The position numbers and the translations under genes were made by a program. The notes beneath the pieces are model-generated. The model was not told the origin of the DNA, searched no databases, and was given only the letters and a program-made list of their open reading frames with translations. From Gracilinanus agilis (Eukaryota), in NCBI RefSeq assembly GCF_016433145.1, contig NC_058134.1, positions 107,961,791 through 108,025,790 of the forward strand: a DNA stretch of 64,000 nt, given 5' to 3'. Below, piece by piece: positions 35,936 through 47,329 of the stretch (position 1 is the first letter of the stretch; each line of letters opens with the position of its first letter).

Positions 35936-36859
35936 ATGCCGAGTTTAGGTGAACTTGTAGCCTTTGTTGTGACCTCCATTATGTTCTTTCTGGGTGCTTG
36001 GATAAATGGCTTCATCGTGTTGCTGCACTGTATCAATTGGGTCAGAAATAGGAAAATTTCTTTTTCTGACTTCATCATTCTGAATCTGGCTCTCTCCAGA
36101 ATCATCCTGCAAGGGTTACCAATGGTAGATATTGTGTTAAAGATATTTTATCCCCATTTACATCACATAAATTTGTATGTGAAAATTCTCGATATTTTCT
36201 GGTGGTTTACCAACAACTTAAGCATCTGCCTGACGACCTGCCTCAGTGTCCTCTACTGCCTGAAGATTGCCAACTTCTCCAACCAGGCCTTCCTCTGGCT
36301 CAAGAGGAGGGTTTCTCATGTGATTGTCTGGATTCTTGTGGGATCTGTGTTCTATTCCTTCACTATATTGGCACTGATTCTAAAATACCATGTTTATTCT
36401 GCCATGAGTCAATTGAAATTCTCAGAAAACTATACTGAAGAAGTCAAAAGAATAAAAACTCATTATTATTTCTTGCATTTTCTTGGTACTCTCTGGTCAC
36501 TCATTCCACTCTCCTTGTCCCTGACCTCATCTGTCCTGCTCATTCTCTCCCTGGTGAGACATACCAGGCACATGAAACATCATTCCATTGGCATGAGGGA
36601 TCTGAGCACCATGGCCCATGTGAGAGCTACCAAAGTCATCCTTTCTTCTTTCATACTCTTCATTGGATACCTCCTAGTCTTCTTTCTTGCTATGTCTACT
36701 TATTTCTTTCTAGCCACTAAGATGTCAGAGATGATTACCTTACTGATTTTCACAATTTATCCCTCAATCCAAACCTTCACTCTAATCCTGGAAAATCAGA
36801 AGCTGAAGCAGGCATTCCTCAGGATATTCCAGGTCAAAAAGTGGAGGCTAAAATGTTAG
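35936..36859 (+). CDS. TAS2R3: Bitter taste receptor, TAS2R3-like copy 4 (307 aa; closest paralog of copy 3)
   Basis: First ATG at 35936. Intact ORF with sequon NYT and TM7 YPSIQTF. Confidence 0.9.
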   Translation: MPSLGELVAFVVTSIMFFLGAWINGFIVLLHCINWVRNRKISFSDFIILNLALSRIILQGLPMVDIVLKIFYPHLHHINLYVKILDIFWWFTNNLSICLTTCLSVLYCLKIANFSNQAFLWLKRRVSHVIVWILVGSVFYSFTILALILKYHVYSAMSQLKFSENYTEEVKRIKTHYYFLHFLGTLWSLIPLSLSLTSSVLLILSLVRHTRHMKHHSIGMRDLSTMAHVRATKVILSSFILFIGYLLVFFLAMSTYFFLATKMSEMITLLIFTIYPSIQTFTLILENQKLKQAFLRIFQVKKWRLKC

Positions 36860-37383
36860 ACATTGGGAACTTTCATCCAAGTCTTGAGAAAAAGTTCACT
36901 AACTTTCAAACTCTCTCAGGAATGGGTTCTTTTATTATTTTTTTCCATCTTTTGTACTCCATAACATTACTTTTTCCCTGATAAAAATTAAAGAGGTAAT
37001 ATGATATAATGGAAAGAGCCTCAGAATTGAATCCAAAGAATTGGATTACCCTCTCTCCTTATCTTTGAGAACTTATACATGTTATTTTATACTCCTCAGC
37101 CTTTGTTCCATCAGCTACAAAAAAGATAATCTTTGATGATAGGATCATTGAATTCATTGAAGTTTTAAAATACAATTATTATAACCTCTTAAGACACAGA
37201 TAAGGATTCAATCTCTTTCCATCTCTCTCTCCTCCAGTGAATCTCACCCTCAATGAAGTCCAAATTTATCATTGATTCTATATGGAACTCAGTGTGCATG
37301 AAAATAAAAATTCCCATATTCTGGAAGAAGTCCTTGATAGCAACAAAATTTATCATTCTGTACATTGTCTTTAGTCACATGTG

Positions 37384-37389
37384 AATAAA
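37384..37389 (+). terminator. candidate polyA signal of copy 4
   Basis: AATAAA 525 nt after the stop, in the conserved context. Confidence 0.5.
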
Positions 37390-39800
37390 ATTATAATTTA
37401 ATGAAAACCATTGTAATATGATCATGTTGGGAATATTTACATATGTAGGACATAGTTCTGACTAGGCTAAGAAATGGTTGATAGAACGATATCTCAAAAA
37501 TATTTTTTTTTCAAAAAACCCTTAACTTTTGAGAAAACTTCTAACTTTTTGAGGAAAAAAAAGCCCTTAACTTTTATTTTTATAAACAAAACAAAGTATA
37601 GCTTCCAAGGTAGAAAAGTGGTTAGAAGAACCCAATAGAGGTCAAATGACTTGCCCAGAGTCACAGAGCTAGGTAAGCATTGGCTGTGGCCAGATTTAAA
37701 CCCAGGAAATCCTGTCTCTAAGGTTGGCTTGCAAGGAAAATGGGAGTTAAGTCATTTCAGTGACTTGTTTAAGATTTCATAGTCTTTAATCATTGAGAGA
37801 AGCATTTAAAATCAGTCCTCTGTCAATGGAGCCATGGACTATGAAGACCCTTTCTTCTGTGCCTCACTGAACTCGGTCACCCACTTTCATTATACTATAG
37901 TCAATCCATAGGGCTATTATGTTTGTTTTATGAATTGATAAAACCATATCAATTACTAGAGATGACATTTATAGTTAATAGAGATTATTGACAGATAGAG
38001 GAGAATTACATAGTTACCCAATAATTACCCAAGTGCTAATGCAAAGTAAAATGAGAAATAATAGGATGCTTCCTCTGTTAATTCCTGGATGGACAGATGG
38101 AGAGATAGTCTCAACAATAATCAGAAAGATATAAATTATTTTGCCAGTATCCAGCTTTCCTGTTCTCCTTTTTCCTTCCTTTCCTTTGCATTTACTTGCA
38201 AAAATAGATTTCTAGAAGGAAGATGAATTCTGATAGGTGAGTTTGTAAACAATCCTCCAACACAAAGCAATCCCTGATCTAGTACTAGTTCAAGTGGCAT
38301 ATTCTAATTCTCAAATTCTATTATCCCCTAGTACCATAGGTACCTAGATAAACAGATAAATTACCTACTGGCTGAGAAAGGACATGAAGATTCACCCACT
38401 GGGAACAGAAGAGAGTCATGCCTGAGAGCCAAGCTATGCAAAGAAGGTCACAGTAGAAAGCAAGCCAGCAATGATATCAGTTGAGAGAATTTGGTGTCTC
38501 ATCTAAGACTCAGATATAAAAAAGAATCATCACAATAGGATTTGAATATTTAGTGTGGAATTTTGTGGAATGTAGTATCACCATTATGTTTATTGATATT
38601 TCTTTGCTTCTTCTTGTTTTAATAAAAAAAATTCACAGTACCAGATCTTAAAACTGTAGTAAAGCAGTGGTCATCAAAATAATCTGGTATTAAAAGATAG
38701 AAGGGTGGATCAATGGAATAGACTGGTGGTAAATAACCTCATTAATCTTGTGTTTGATAAACCCAAAGATACCAGCTTTCAGCATAAGAACCTACAATTT
38801 GACAAAAACTGCTAGGAAAATAAAAAAACAGTATGGCAAAAATTAGGCTTAGATCAATATCTTATACTCTATACCATCAAGTTCAAATGGGTTTATGATT
38901 TAAATATAAAGAATGATATTATAAATAAATTAGGTGAACATGAAATAGTATACTTGTCAGATCTATGGAGAAGGAAAGAATTTAAGATCAAGCAAGAGAT
39001 AGAGAATATTACAAGATATAAAATGAATAATTCTGATCATGTTAAATTTAAAAAGTTTTGTACAAACAAAACCATTGCTACCAAAATTAGAAGGGAAACA
39101 AACTGGAGAAAATATTTATAACAAAATTCTCTGACAAAAGTCTAATTTCTCAAAAATACAAAGAATTAAGTCAAATTTATAAGAAATCAAATCATTCCCC
39201 ATTTAACAAATGGTCAAGGGATATGAATAGAGAGTTTTCAGATGAAGAAATCAAAGCTATCAATAATCATATGAAAAAATGTTCTAAGTTCCTCCTGATT
39301 AGAGAAATGCAAATCAAAACAACCCTGAGGTACCACCTGACACCTAGCAGAGTGGCCAATATGACAGTAAAGGTAAATAAATGTTGGATGGGATATAGTA
39401 AACTTGGAACATCAATGCATTGCTGATAGAGTTGTGAATTGATCCAACCATTCTGGAAGGCAATTTGGAATTATGTCCAAAGAGCTTTAAAAGAATACTT
39501 GTCCTTTTATCCAGCAATACCTCTACTGGGTTTGCATTCCAAAGATATAAAAAAAAATGGGAAAGGTTCTATTTGTACAAAAATATTTATAGCTGCCCTT
39601 TTTGTGGTGTCTAAAAATTAGAAAATGAGTGGATGTCCCTTGACTGGGGAATAGCTGAACAAATGGTGGTATATGATTGTGATTGTGCTATAAGGAATGA
39701 TAAACTGCTTGATTTCTATAAGAACTGGAAAGACTTACATGAACTGATGCAGAGTGAAATAAGCAGAACTCAGTAATTAAAACACTGTGGGGAAAATAAA

Positions 39801-40137
39801 TTTTTTTTTAAGATTTAAATATTTTATTTTTTTTAGAAAAATTTTCCATGGTTACATGACTCATGTTTTTACTTTCCCCTTCACCCCCCTTCACCCCCCT
39901 CCACATCCAACACACATTTCCACTGGTTTTAACATGTGTCATCAATCAAGACTTATTTACATATTATTGATAGTTGCATTGGTGTGGTCGTTTTGTGTCT
40001 ACAACCTCAATCATGTCCTCATCAACCCATATGTTCAAGTGGTTGTTTTTCTTCTGTGTTTCCATTCCTACAGTTCTTTCTCTGAATGCGGGTAGCGTTC
40101 TTAACCATAAGTCCCTCAGAATTGTCCTGGGTCATTG
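39801..40137 (-). mobile_element. young L1 3' end nested in antisense
   Basis: poly-T then agatttaaatattttattt...ggttacatgactcatg...cccctcagaattgtcctgggtcattg. Confidence 0.75.
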
Positions 40138-40295
40138 GGAAGATCAAATGTAATGGACTTCTCTACTAAGCAGCAATACAATGATCCAGGACAACTCTGA
40201 GGGACTTATGAGAAAGATGCTACCTACATTTAGAGAAAGAACTGTGGGAGTAAAAAACCAGAAGAAAGCATAAGATTTATTACTTGTTTATATGA

Positions 40296-40465
40296 TGTAG
40301 TAAGGAGATTAGGAAATACTTTGATTAAGTATTGATAAGATAAGAACTTTGAGAAAGGGGTTTCTGAGGCTGCAGTCAGGGCAGAGTGCTGTGTATGAGA
40401 TCAGAACATGGAAGAAGGGAAACAGGAAAGATTCTGAGAATTGGTTACAGCTTCTGGGAATGAAT

Positions 40466-40512
<47 letters not shown>

Positions 40513-41114
40513 GGTGAAGACAGGCAAGCTCAGACCTTGCTCTGCGCTGTATTTAGGGAAGAGAGAACTTTAAACCATCCGAAGAGGTTTTCTATCTTCC
40601 TTACCATGAAAAATTATACTGGAGAAGTTGAAGGCCTGTTTGCCTGGTTTCTGGGCCATCTCAGGGTTACCATTTGGTCAGCCAGGCTCTGTCATATTGG
40701 ACTGACTGACTCTGTGTTTACTTGGAGACATCTTTGACAATATTAAGTTAATTTTAATAAGAATCATAGTTAGGTTCTAGTCAGATAGTGTTTTGGGGTT
40801 TTTTAGTAAGTGCTAAGCAGGTTTAGAGTAACTTAAAGACACAGAAGAGTTTGCCGTGAGGCAAACATAGGAAAGTGAGTGGACATAATTCCCTTTTGGT
40901 TTTAAGGCTTTCCTTGTTACTAATCCTTATGTTTATATCTGTTAAATATAAATAGATTTTTTTTAAATAAATATATAGTCTCCAAGTAAGTTACATACTG
41001 GCCTGGTGAAGGGTTTCCTTCAGAGGGGAAAGCTGAAAGATACTTTTGTGAACAACAAAGTTTTTTACCATAACATCCTCCTCAACAACATCCATAATAA
41101 TCTCCACTATTTCA
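40296..41114 (+). mobile_element. solo LTR nested in L1, with (TC)n at 40468-40508
   Basis: tgtagt...atttca termini, near-TSD atga/atgg, TATA-like tataaa and aaataaa near 40950-40972. Confidence 0.65.
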
Positions 41115-41424
41115 ATGGGTACATGATTTGGGTTTTGGCTTTAAAAGATTACTCTATTACAAAAATGAATAATATAGTAATGGGATTTGGGTGATGATGA
41201 TAATATATGTATAAACCAGTGAAATTTCTTGTCAACTCTTAGAGGAGGGAGGGAAAAGGGAAGGGGGACCACAAGAAATATGTAACCATTGAGAAAAATT
41301 TTTAAAGATTTTTTTAAAATTTTACTTTATATTTAAGAATACTGAGGCATTACACTAGCTAATATATAGAACCAAAGCAATCAGGTTTTGCTTCTGCCAA
41401 CTACAAATTATTCAACAAGTATAA

Positions 41425-41880
41425 TGAGCTGTGTGTGGTGAAAAGTGAAGGGAGGAAGGTAGGATGGATGGGAGAAAGGAGAGAGGAAGGTAGAGCAAGG
41501 GAAAGGAAGGTAGCTGTCCCAGCCCCAGCGGGGGAAATTGATCAGAGCCCCTAATGAAATGATCAAAGAGCAACTTTAGGGTTTGAATAGCTAGGTTTTA
41601 TTTTAATTAGAAAGGGAAAGGTCTAGGGAAAACTACGAGGTAGGAAGAAAGGGTAAAAGGTGCTGAGAGAGGTCAGTGTTCAGGGTAGAGAGCCCTGCTT
41701 CCAGAGTGGAGAAGAGACCCTCCTGGGTAGAGAGAGAGTGGAGCTCAGGGTTGATAGAGGGAAAAGGTGCCAAACTTTCCCTTTTATCCTTTCCCTGACA
41801 CCCCCCCCTGAGAAAGTGGGAGGTGTCGGGGAAGTTGTAGCAGAGAGAGTCCTGGAAGATGTAATCTTCCAGGGCTTACA
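41425..41880 (-). mobile_element. solo LTR
   Basis: TG...CA termini with 4-bp TSD ATAA at 41421-41424 and 41881-41884. Minus-strand AATAAA near 41597. Confidence 0.8.
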
Positions 41881-42188
41881 ATAATTTCAAATGACACAGA
41901 GCAATGGTTCTGAATGAATGGAAGGCTTACTGAGAATCTCAAATCTGGAATAGCTTTCTGCAGGCTCACAGTCAGTGGGATTCTGTTTACCTCAGGTACA
42001 ATGATCACAAGCTCATTGGGTACTGTTGTATACTACACTTTGTGATAATGAGATTAAATCTACCTTGCCCATTCTTAAATCTAATCCCCAAAAGTGTAAA
42101 CAACTCCACTTAATTCTCAAGTGGAGAGGTCTGTGACCCACGTTTGCAAAAATGGGTGATGAATCAGAATTGACTGACTGCCCCTTAC

Positions 42189-42975
42189 TGCTGTGAGGAG
42201 AATTACTTAGTTATTATGTAAGAGACCTAACAGGAAGGGCTGGAGAATTCCAAATGGAATGGGGAAGCAGGAAGTGTCTCTCTCTGAGGCAGACTCCATG
42301 GTGGTTGGGACAAGCTGTAACTGACCCTGGGAGACCTCAGAGCTAGTGGAGTTGTACCCTGATTCCCTGGTATCCTGGAGAGAGGTGAAGGTTGAAAGCA
42401 GAAGACATCAATCCTGCAAAACAACACTTGAGTAGGGAAGTGGCCTGTGATCTGGTGGACAGCTTGCAGACTTCTCTCCCTACCTGGCTACTTTGGATCA
42501 TCAGTTGTGGAAGAGTTGGCTCCTGGCATCCTGAAAACATCTCTGGAATAGTTGTGAGACCCCAAGTTCAAGCCCTCTTCCTCAGGCCCTTAGCCAAGCT
42601 GTCAAAACCTGGCAGAAGCCAGGTTGGCTAGGGATCTTACTCCTTTTGACTCCAGTACTGGGTTGTTAGTCATAGTTTTACCTAACCCCCTTTTCAATCC
42701 CCTCATATTATAATTAAATTGATTCCCTGTGTGTTTTTATTACCTTAAAGTCCTCATTGTGTGTATGTAATAATCTGGAATTAATTCAGCCTGGGTGGGG
42801 CAGAGTGATAGTTAGTCAGGCTTAACTGCCATTTCAGTCAATGGTCATTCCTCCTATAGTTAAACCTGGTTCCCTGGCTTGTAAAGTCTCACCCATTGTC
42901 CCTTCCTGTCTCCTATCCACGCCACTGAGCCCACATTTAATATTTAAGTCAACTTCCTTGATTTTCCCCATCATA
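42189..42975 (+). mobile_element. solo LTR nested inside the 5' LTR
   Basis: Absent from the 3' LTR copy. Near-TSD ttac/ctac. Confidence 0.7.
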
Positions 42976-44218
42976 CTACACAGTCCTAAGAAAAGCATCT
43001 GTTGTGATTGGACATGTAAACTAAGAGGAAGACACAGAAAGTGATGAAAGAAATGGCCTGGATAAATTAAGAGAACTTCTGGGGCTCGGCCCTTTTGGCT
43101 CTCTTCTCTTTCATGTCTTGGACCTGAAGAAACTCTTCTTGTTCATGACTTGGACCAGGAGGAACACTGGCTGAGACCTTAGACTAGATGAGAATGCTCT
43201 TAATCTCTCCCTTGGAATTACACTGCTGAGTGTAAAGAATAAATATTCCTGGATTCTGTGAAGGGCCTCTCCTTTCAAGAGAGGACCAGAGACTGAAGCT
43301 TTTGCTCATTCATCCCTGGCCCTCAGGCCTAAGGGACTCTCAGCTCAGCTTTCTCCAATTAAGGACTAGTTAAATCTGCCTGGGTTGAGCCAGGGGCCAA
43401 GGCAAATTACTTAGTGTGTTAGATCACTTGTCCTATCTTATTCACTCTCTAATTTTCTTACTTTCTCTCTCTCTCATTTGTAAATTAACTTCTCTAAAAG
43501 TCATTTTGACTTGAGGTTATTCTTTAATAGGGGATTGATAATTATTCAATTCCCTGGCAACCAAACATTTTAATATTCACCCAGTCAAAAACTCTTTTCC
43601 CCATTACATTTGGCAACCTGAAGGTTGTGCTACCTACCCTCAGTCTTCTGAAATATTCTTAACTCTTCTTTCACTCTGTAAACCTCAACTCACACAGTTG
43701 CTAGATAAAAGGTAAGTTCAATTTTTTTTCCTTAAAATAAATAGCACACAGCCATTTTAATTTTAGTGGCAGGGTCCTAAAACCCAACCTGGGGAAGCTG
43801 TTTCTCCTTATCAGCAGCAGCTGCTTTTTTTTCTTAACTGGCTGTGAAGGCTGAACCTGAGGAAAAGGTTTTCAATCCCTTTCAGAAGGGAAGTAGCCCT
43901 GCTCTATGCCCAAACAGAATTCCATCTTGCAGCCAAATAAAATCTCCAGCTCAGGTTCTTGTTATTAGGGAGAGTGATTGGTAAGTTGAAATTAACTAAG
44001 TTTTTACCTTGTTTTACTCCTAAAAACCTTTCTTTTTTCTAAGCCCAAGTCTCTACAATTAAGTTAAGTAAGAAGTGAAACCTGGGGAAATTAGTCAGGA
44101 AGAGCGGCTTTAAAGTAAAAAACAAAACAAAACAAAAACTGGCCCTTTTTTCCTTGAGAAGCTTTTAGAGCCCTAAAAAGGGAAAAAGTAATTTATAAAA
44201 GTTCCTTTTGCCCTAGAC

Positions 44219-44451
44219 CAGGGGTTGGCAACTTATGGCTCTCAAGCCATATCTGGCTCTATTGAGGGCCAGAAATGGCTCTTTCTGCAGGAGCCATAAA
44301 GTCAATTTTTTTTCAGGCGCTGTTACAGGAGCACGCACTGTTATAGGAGCGTGCACTGTGAGCACTGTACAGCTCTCAAGAAATTACATTTTAAAAAATT
44401 AAAAAATGCGGCATTTATGGCTTTCATGGCCAGAAAGGTTGCTGACCCCTG
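44219..44451. mobile_element. hAT-superfamily MITE (233 bp)
   Basis: TIRs caggggttggcaac and gttgctgacccctg. Perfect 8-bp TSD ccctagac at 44211-44218 and 44452-44459. Confidence 0.92.
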
Positions 44452-47285
44452 CCCTAGACCAATTCAGAAAAGTTTCATTTTACCCAAAAGAGGAAACACA
44501 TGCTTAGGAACCACATGGGTTCTAGCATTTTTTACCCTTAGCAGCTACTTAATCCTATACTTAACCTCAGACAAAAGGTTCCCAGCCTGCCCTCCATCCA
44601 AAAGTTAATTAAATAGTGAGGTGTGACATACTTAAAAATGCAAAGTACTTAAAGGGACCACATCCTTACCTGTAAATTCTCATACCTTGACCTTAACCAC
44701 TAGCCCTCATAAGCTAGTCAATACCACCATCTGCTGGCAAAAACCAGAATTACAAACAATCTAATAATTAAATTTAAACATGATAAGAAAACCATTCAAA
44801 ATGATTTTTGATAGAATTTCCCAAGCTGAAGTAACATTGTTTCTTTGGCATTTAAATTAACTCATAATCCTAGATAATATATCACAGTGGATATACTTAA
44901 TACTGTTCCTGGGTATGCTTATGATAGCAGGATTTGTAGCCATCCATCTGTCTCTCTAAGAGAAGACTGACAAACAGTCTGAATAATCTGCAACACATCC
45001 AATATGGGGTTTGTACACACTTTGCTCAGTGCTGGTATGGAGATCCCCAGAGTTGTAACCAAAGCAAATTTAGATGGATGATGATACCGAGGAGGAGAAG
45101 GAAATTTAAAGAGTCTGGAGGTGATCTTTAAGCCTTTTCAGACACCATTGTTTTATTAATGTTAACTCTTTTCAGTTTTGTTTCCCCTCCATAACAGTGA
45201 ACAAGTCTTTTTAACATGGCCATTGGAATGAAGAAAAGGACTCTGGAATACAGTGCCAATCCCATCACATATATTGTATTTGCTGATTGTTTTAAGATTT
45301 AATTTTGTTTGTTAATCATCACACATATGATGGATGGACTCCCTCAAACTGGTTACAACCTCTATACAACCTTTGTAGAATTTAATGACCTAATAATTTA
45401 AATTATTTTAAGGGGCCTTCAGAAATAATTTTTAGATATGTAGTAGCATCCACTACCTCTGATGATTTGCCTGCCTCTGATTTTTTTGTAACAAGAGATA
45501 AAGGTTCATTTAGTAGTTGAAGTGATTTATTATATATACCCCACCTCCACATCTGTAAAAATGTAATGGATGAGATATATAACAGTCTCATACAAGAGAA
45601 GCTGGGAAGATGTTCCTAGGTCATGGTACCCCTGGATGGCTCACAAGAGGGAGCATCTTGCAGGAAGTCTAAATACCTTTCTGCATATTTTTTTAACCCT
45701 TCTGCTTATTTTACTCTACTTCTCCACCAGAATGATCTAAATTCCTGGTGACATTTTAGACCCAAAAAAGGGTTTTCATTAATAGTACAGAGGTTTTTTT
45801 GTTTGTTTGTTTTTTCTGGGGTCCTCTGCCACATTTGATGTGTTGGCAGTAACAGATTTATTAAAAATATTTCAGCCAAGGTTGAAAGATTTGCTATATC
45901 TGTAGAACTCGTGATAAGTATTCATGAGTTCATAGGATGTTGTTTTTTTTAAAGTCACATGCATTGAATATAATAATTCATAGAAAAGTGGACACTGTTT
46001 TTGGAGAACACATTGAATTTCTAAATTTTTATTATTGTTTATCCTTTTATTTTTCTAATAGAATATTTGGTTTTTTCCTTTTTTTATTTCTTGTACTTAA
46101 AGTATGTGTAATCAATATTAATCTTTTTTTTTATTTTACAGTAATATAAGCTTAAAATATATCTGTTCTAACATTAATTCATACCCAAAAAGCTTTAGAC
46201 TATGGGAACCTGTCATTTATTGATAAATGTTATGAGACTGTGATTAATGTTTGTGCCTGAGCCCAGGAAAAGGGAACAAAAGAGCCATTATATAGTGCCA
46301 AGAAGAACAAGTTCAAGGAAACCAACCAATCCTGATGGGATTGATGAGAATCTGCACAGTACCTAAGAGCACAAAGGTTAAAAAAAAAGACCAAGCCAAT
46401 CCAAGCAGGATTGTTGAACTTCTATACCAATTATAAAGGACTTGACCTAGTGTGAGACTCAAATGCTTGACATATGTTAAGATGTAGGAGGCTTCGTACC
46501 ACACTGTCAATCAAGTACCAAAGGTTGGCCATCATCCTGGCTCACCCTATCCCTGAGAGTGAAGGTAAATCAGACCAAAGAATGACACTTCCCTTGCACA
46601 CAAAAATCTGGTCCTCTTTTCTTTCTTATAGCATAGCAACTTCCTGTAGTGCTGGCTGCAAATGAGTGAGTACAATATTACTGCATTTTGTCCAGATTTA
46701 TGGGACAGAATTTACTTTAATTTGATCCTATTACAAGGGCCTGTTAGAAATTACTTAAATTGTACACTAATAAAAGGGCCTGGTGTTAATTTATTCTTGT
46801 TTACTTAAAAATGTATATATACATAGATTTTTGATATTTTGATTCTTATTTGAATTTTTTTATTTCTCCCAAAGTTTAATTTTTCTTCTTTTTGTTTTTC
46901 TTTTTATGTTTTATGCTTTTCTTTTGATAATTGACTAATACACCCCATAACTCAATGACATATTTTGAATTGATCTGGGTGTTGGTCAACACCCTCTTCA
47001 GCAGGGATTGTATTTTTGTAAAATTCCAAGATTTAAAATTTTGTTTGAGAAAAAATTTTCAGGAAATTGCTAATGCTAATACCTTGAATCCTGAAAATGG
47101 ACTATTTGGAGAAAGATGCCTGTAGAAACCTACACTGATTCAAGACAATCCAGAATGAACTTTGGCATGCAATTGATTGAACTTAAGGGGATTGAACAAA
47201 ATTATTTTGAATTCTAAACTCTTATGCCAAAGGAGATTGCCCCCAATTGGATTTTTGTCAATGGGTCTAGCAAAACATTGTTTTT

Positions 47286-47286
<1 letters not shown>

Positions 47287-47327
<41 letters not shown>
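47287..47327. repeat. (TC)n microsatellite
   Basis: Direct reading. Confidence 0.9.

Positions 47328-47329
<2 letters not shown>

Larger units (their letters stand above)
38633..41306 (+). mobile_element. L1 ORF2 C-terminus and 3' UTR, with nested insertions
   Basis: HMKKCSKFLLIREMQIKTTLRYHLTP and IQPFWKAIWNY match the L1 ORF2 C-terminus. The 3' UTR resumes at 40140 and again at 41115. Confidence 0.88.

Noticed and set aside
44860-46800. Filovirus or bornavirus endogenous element, as known in marsupials
   Set aside because: I recognised no NP, VP35 or L motifs. Left as unidentified cargo.
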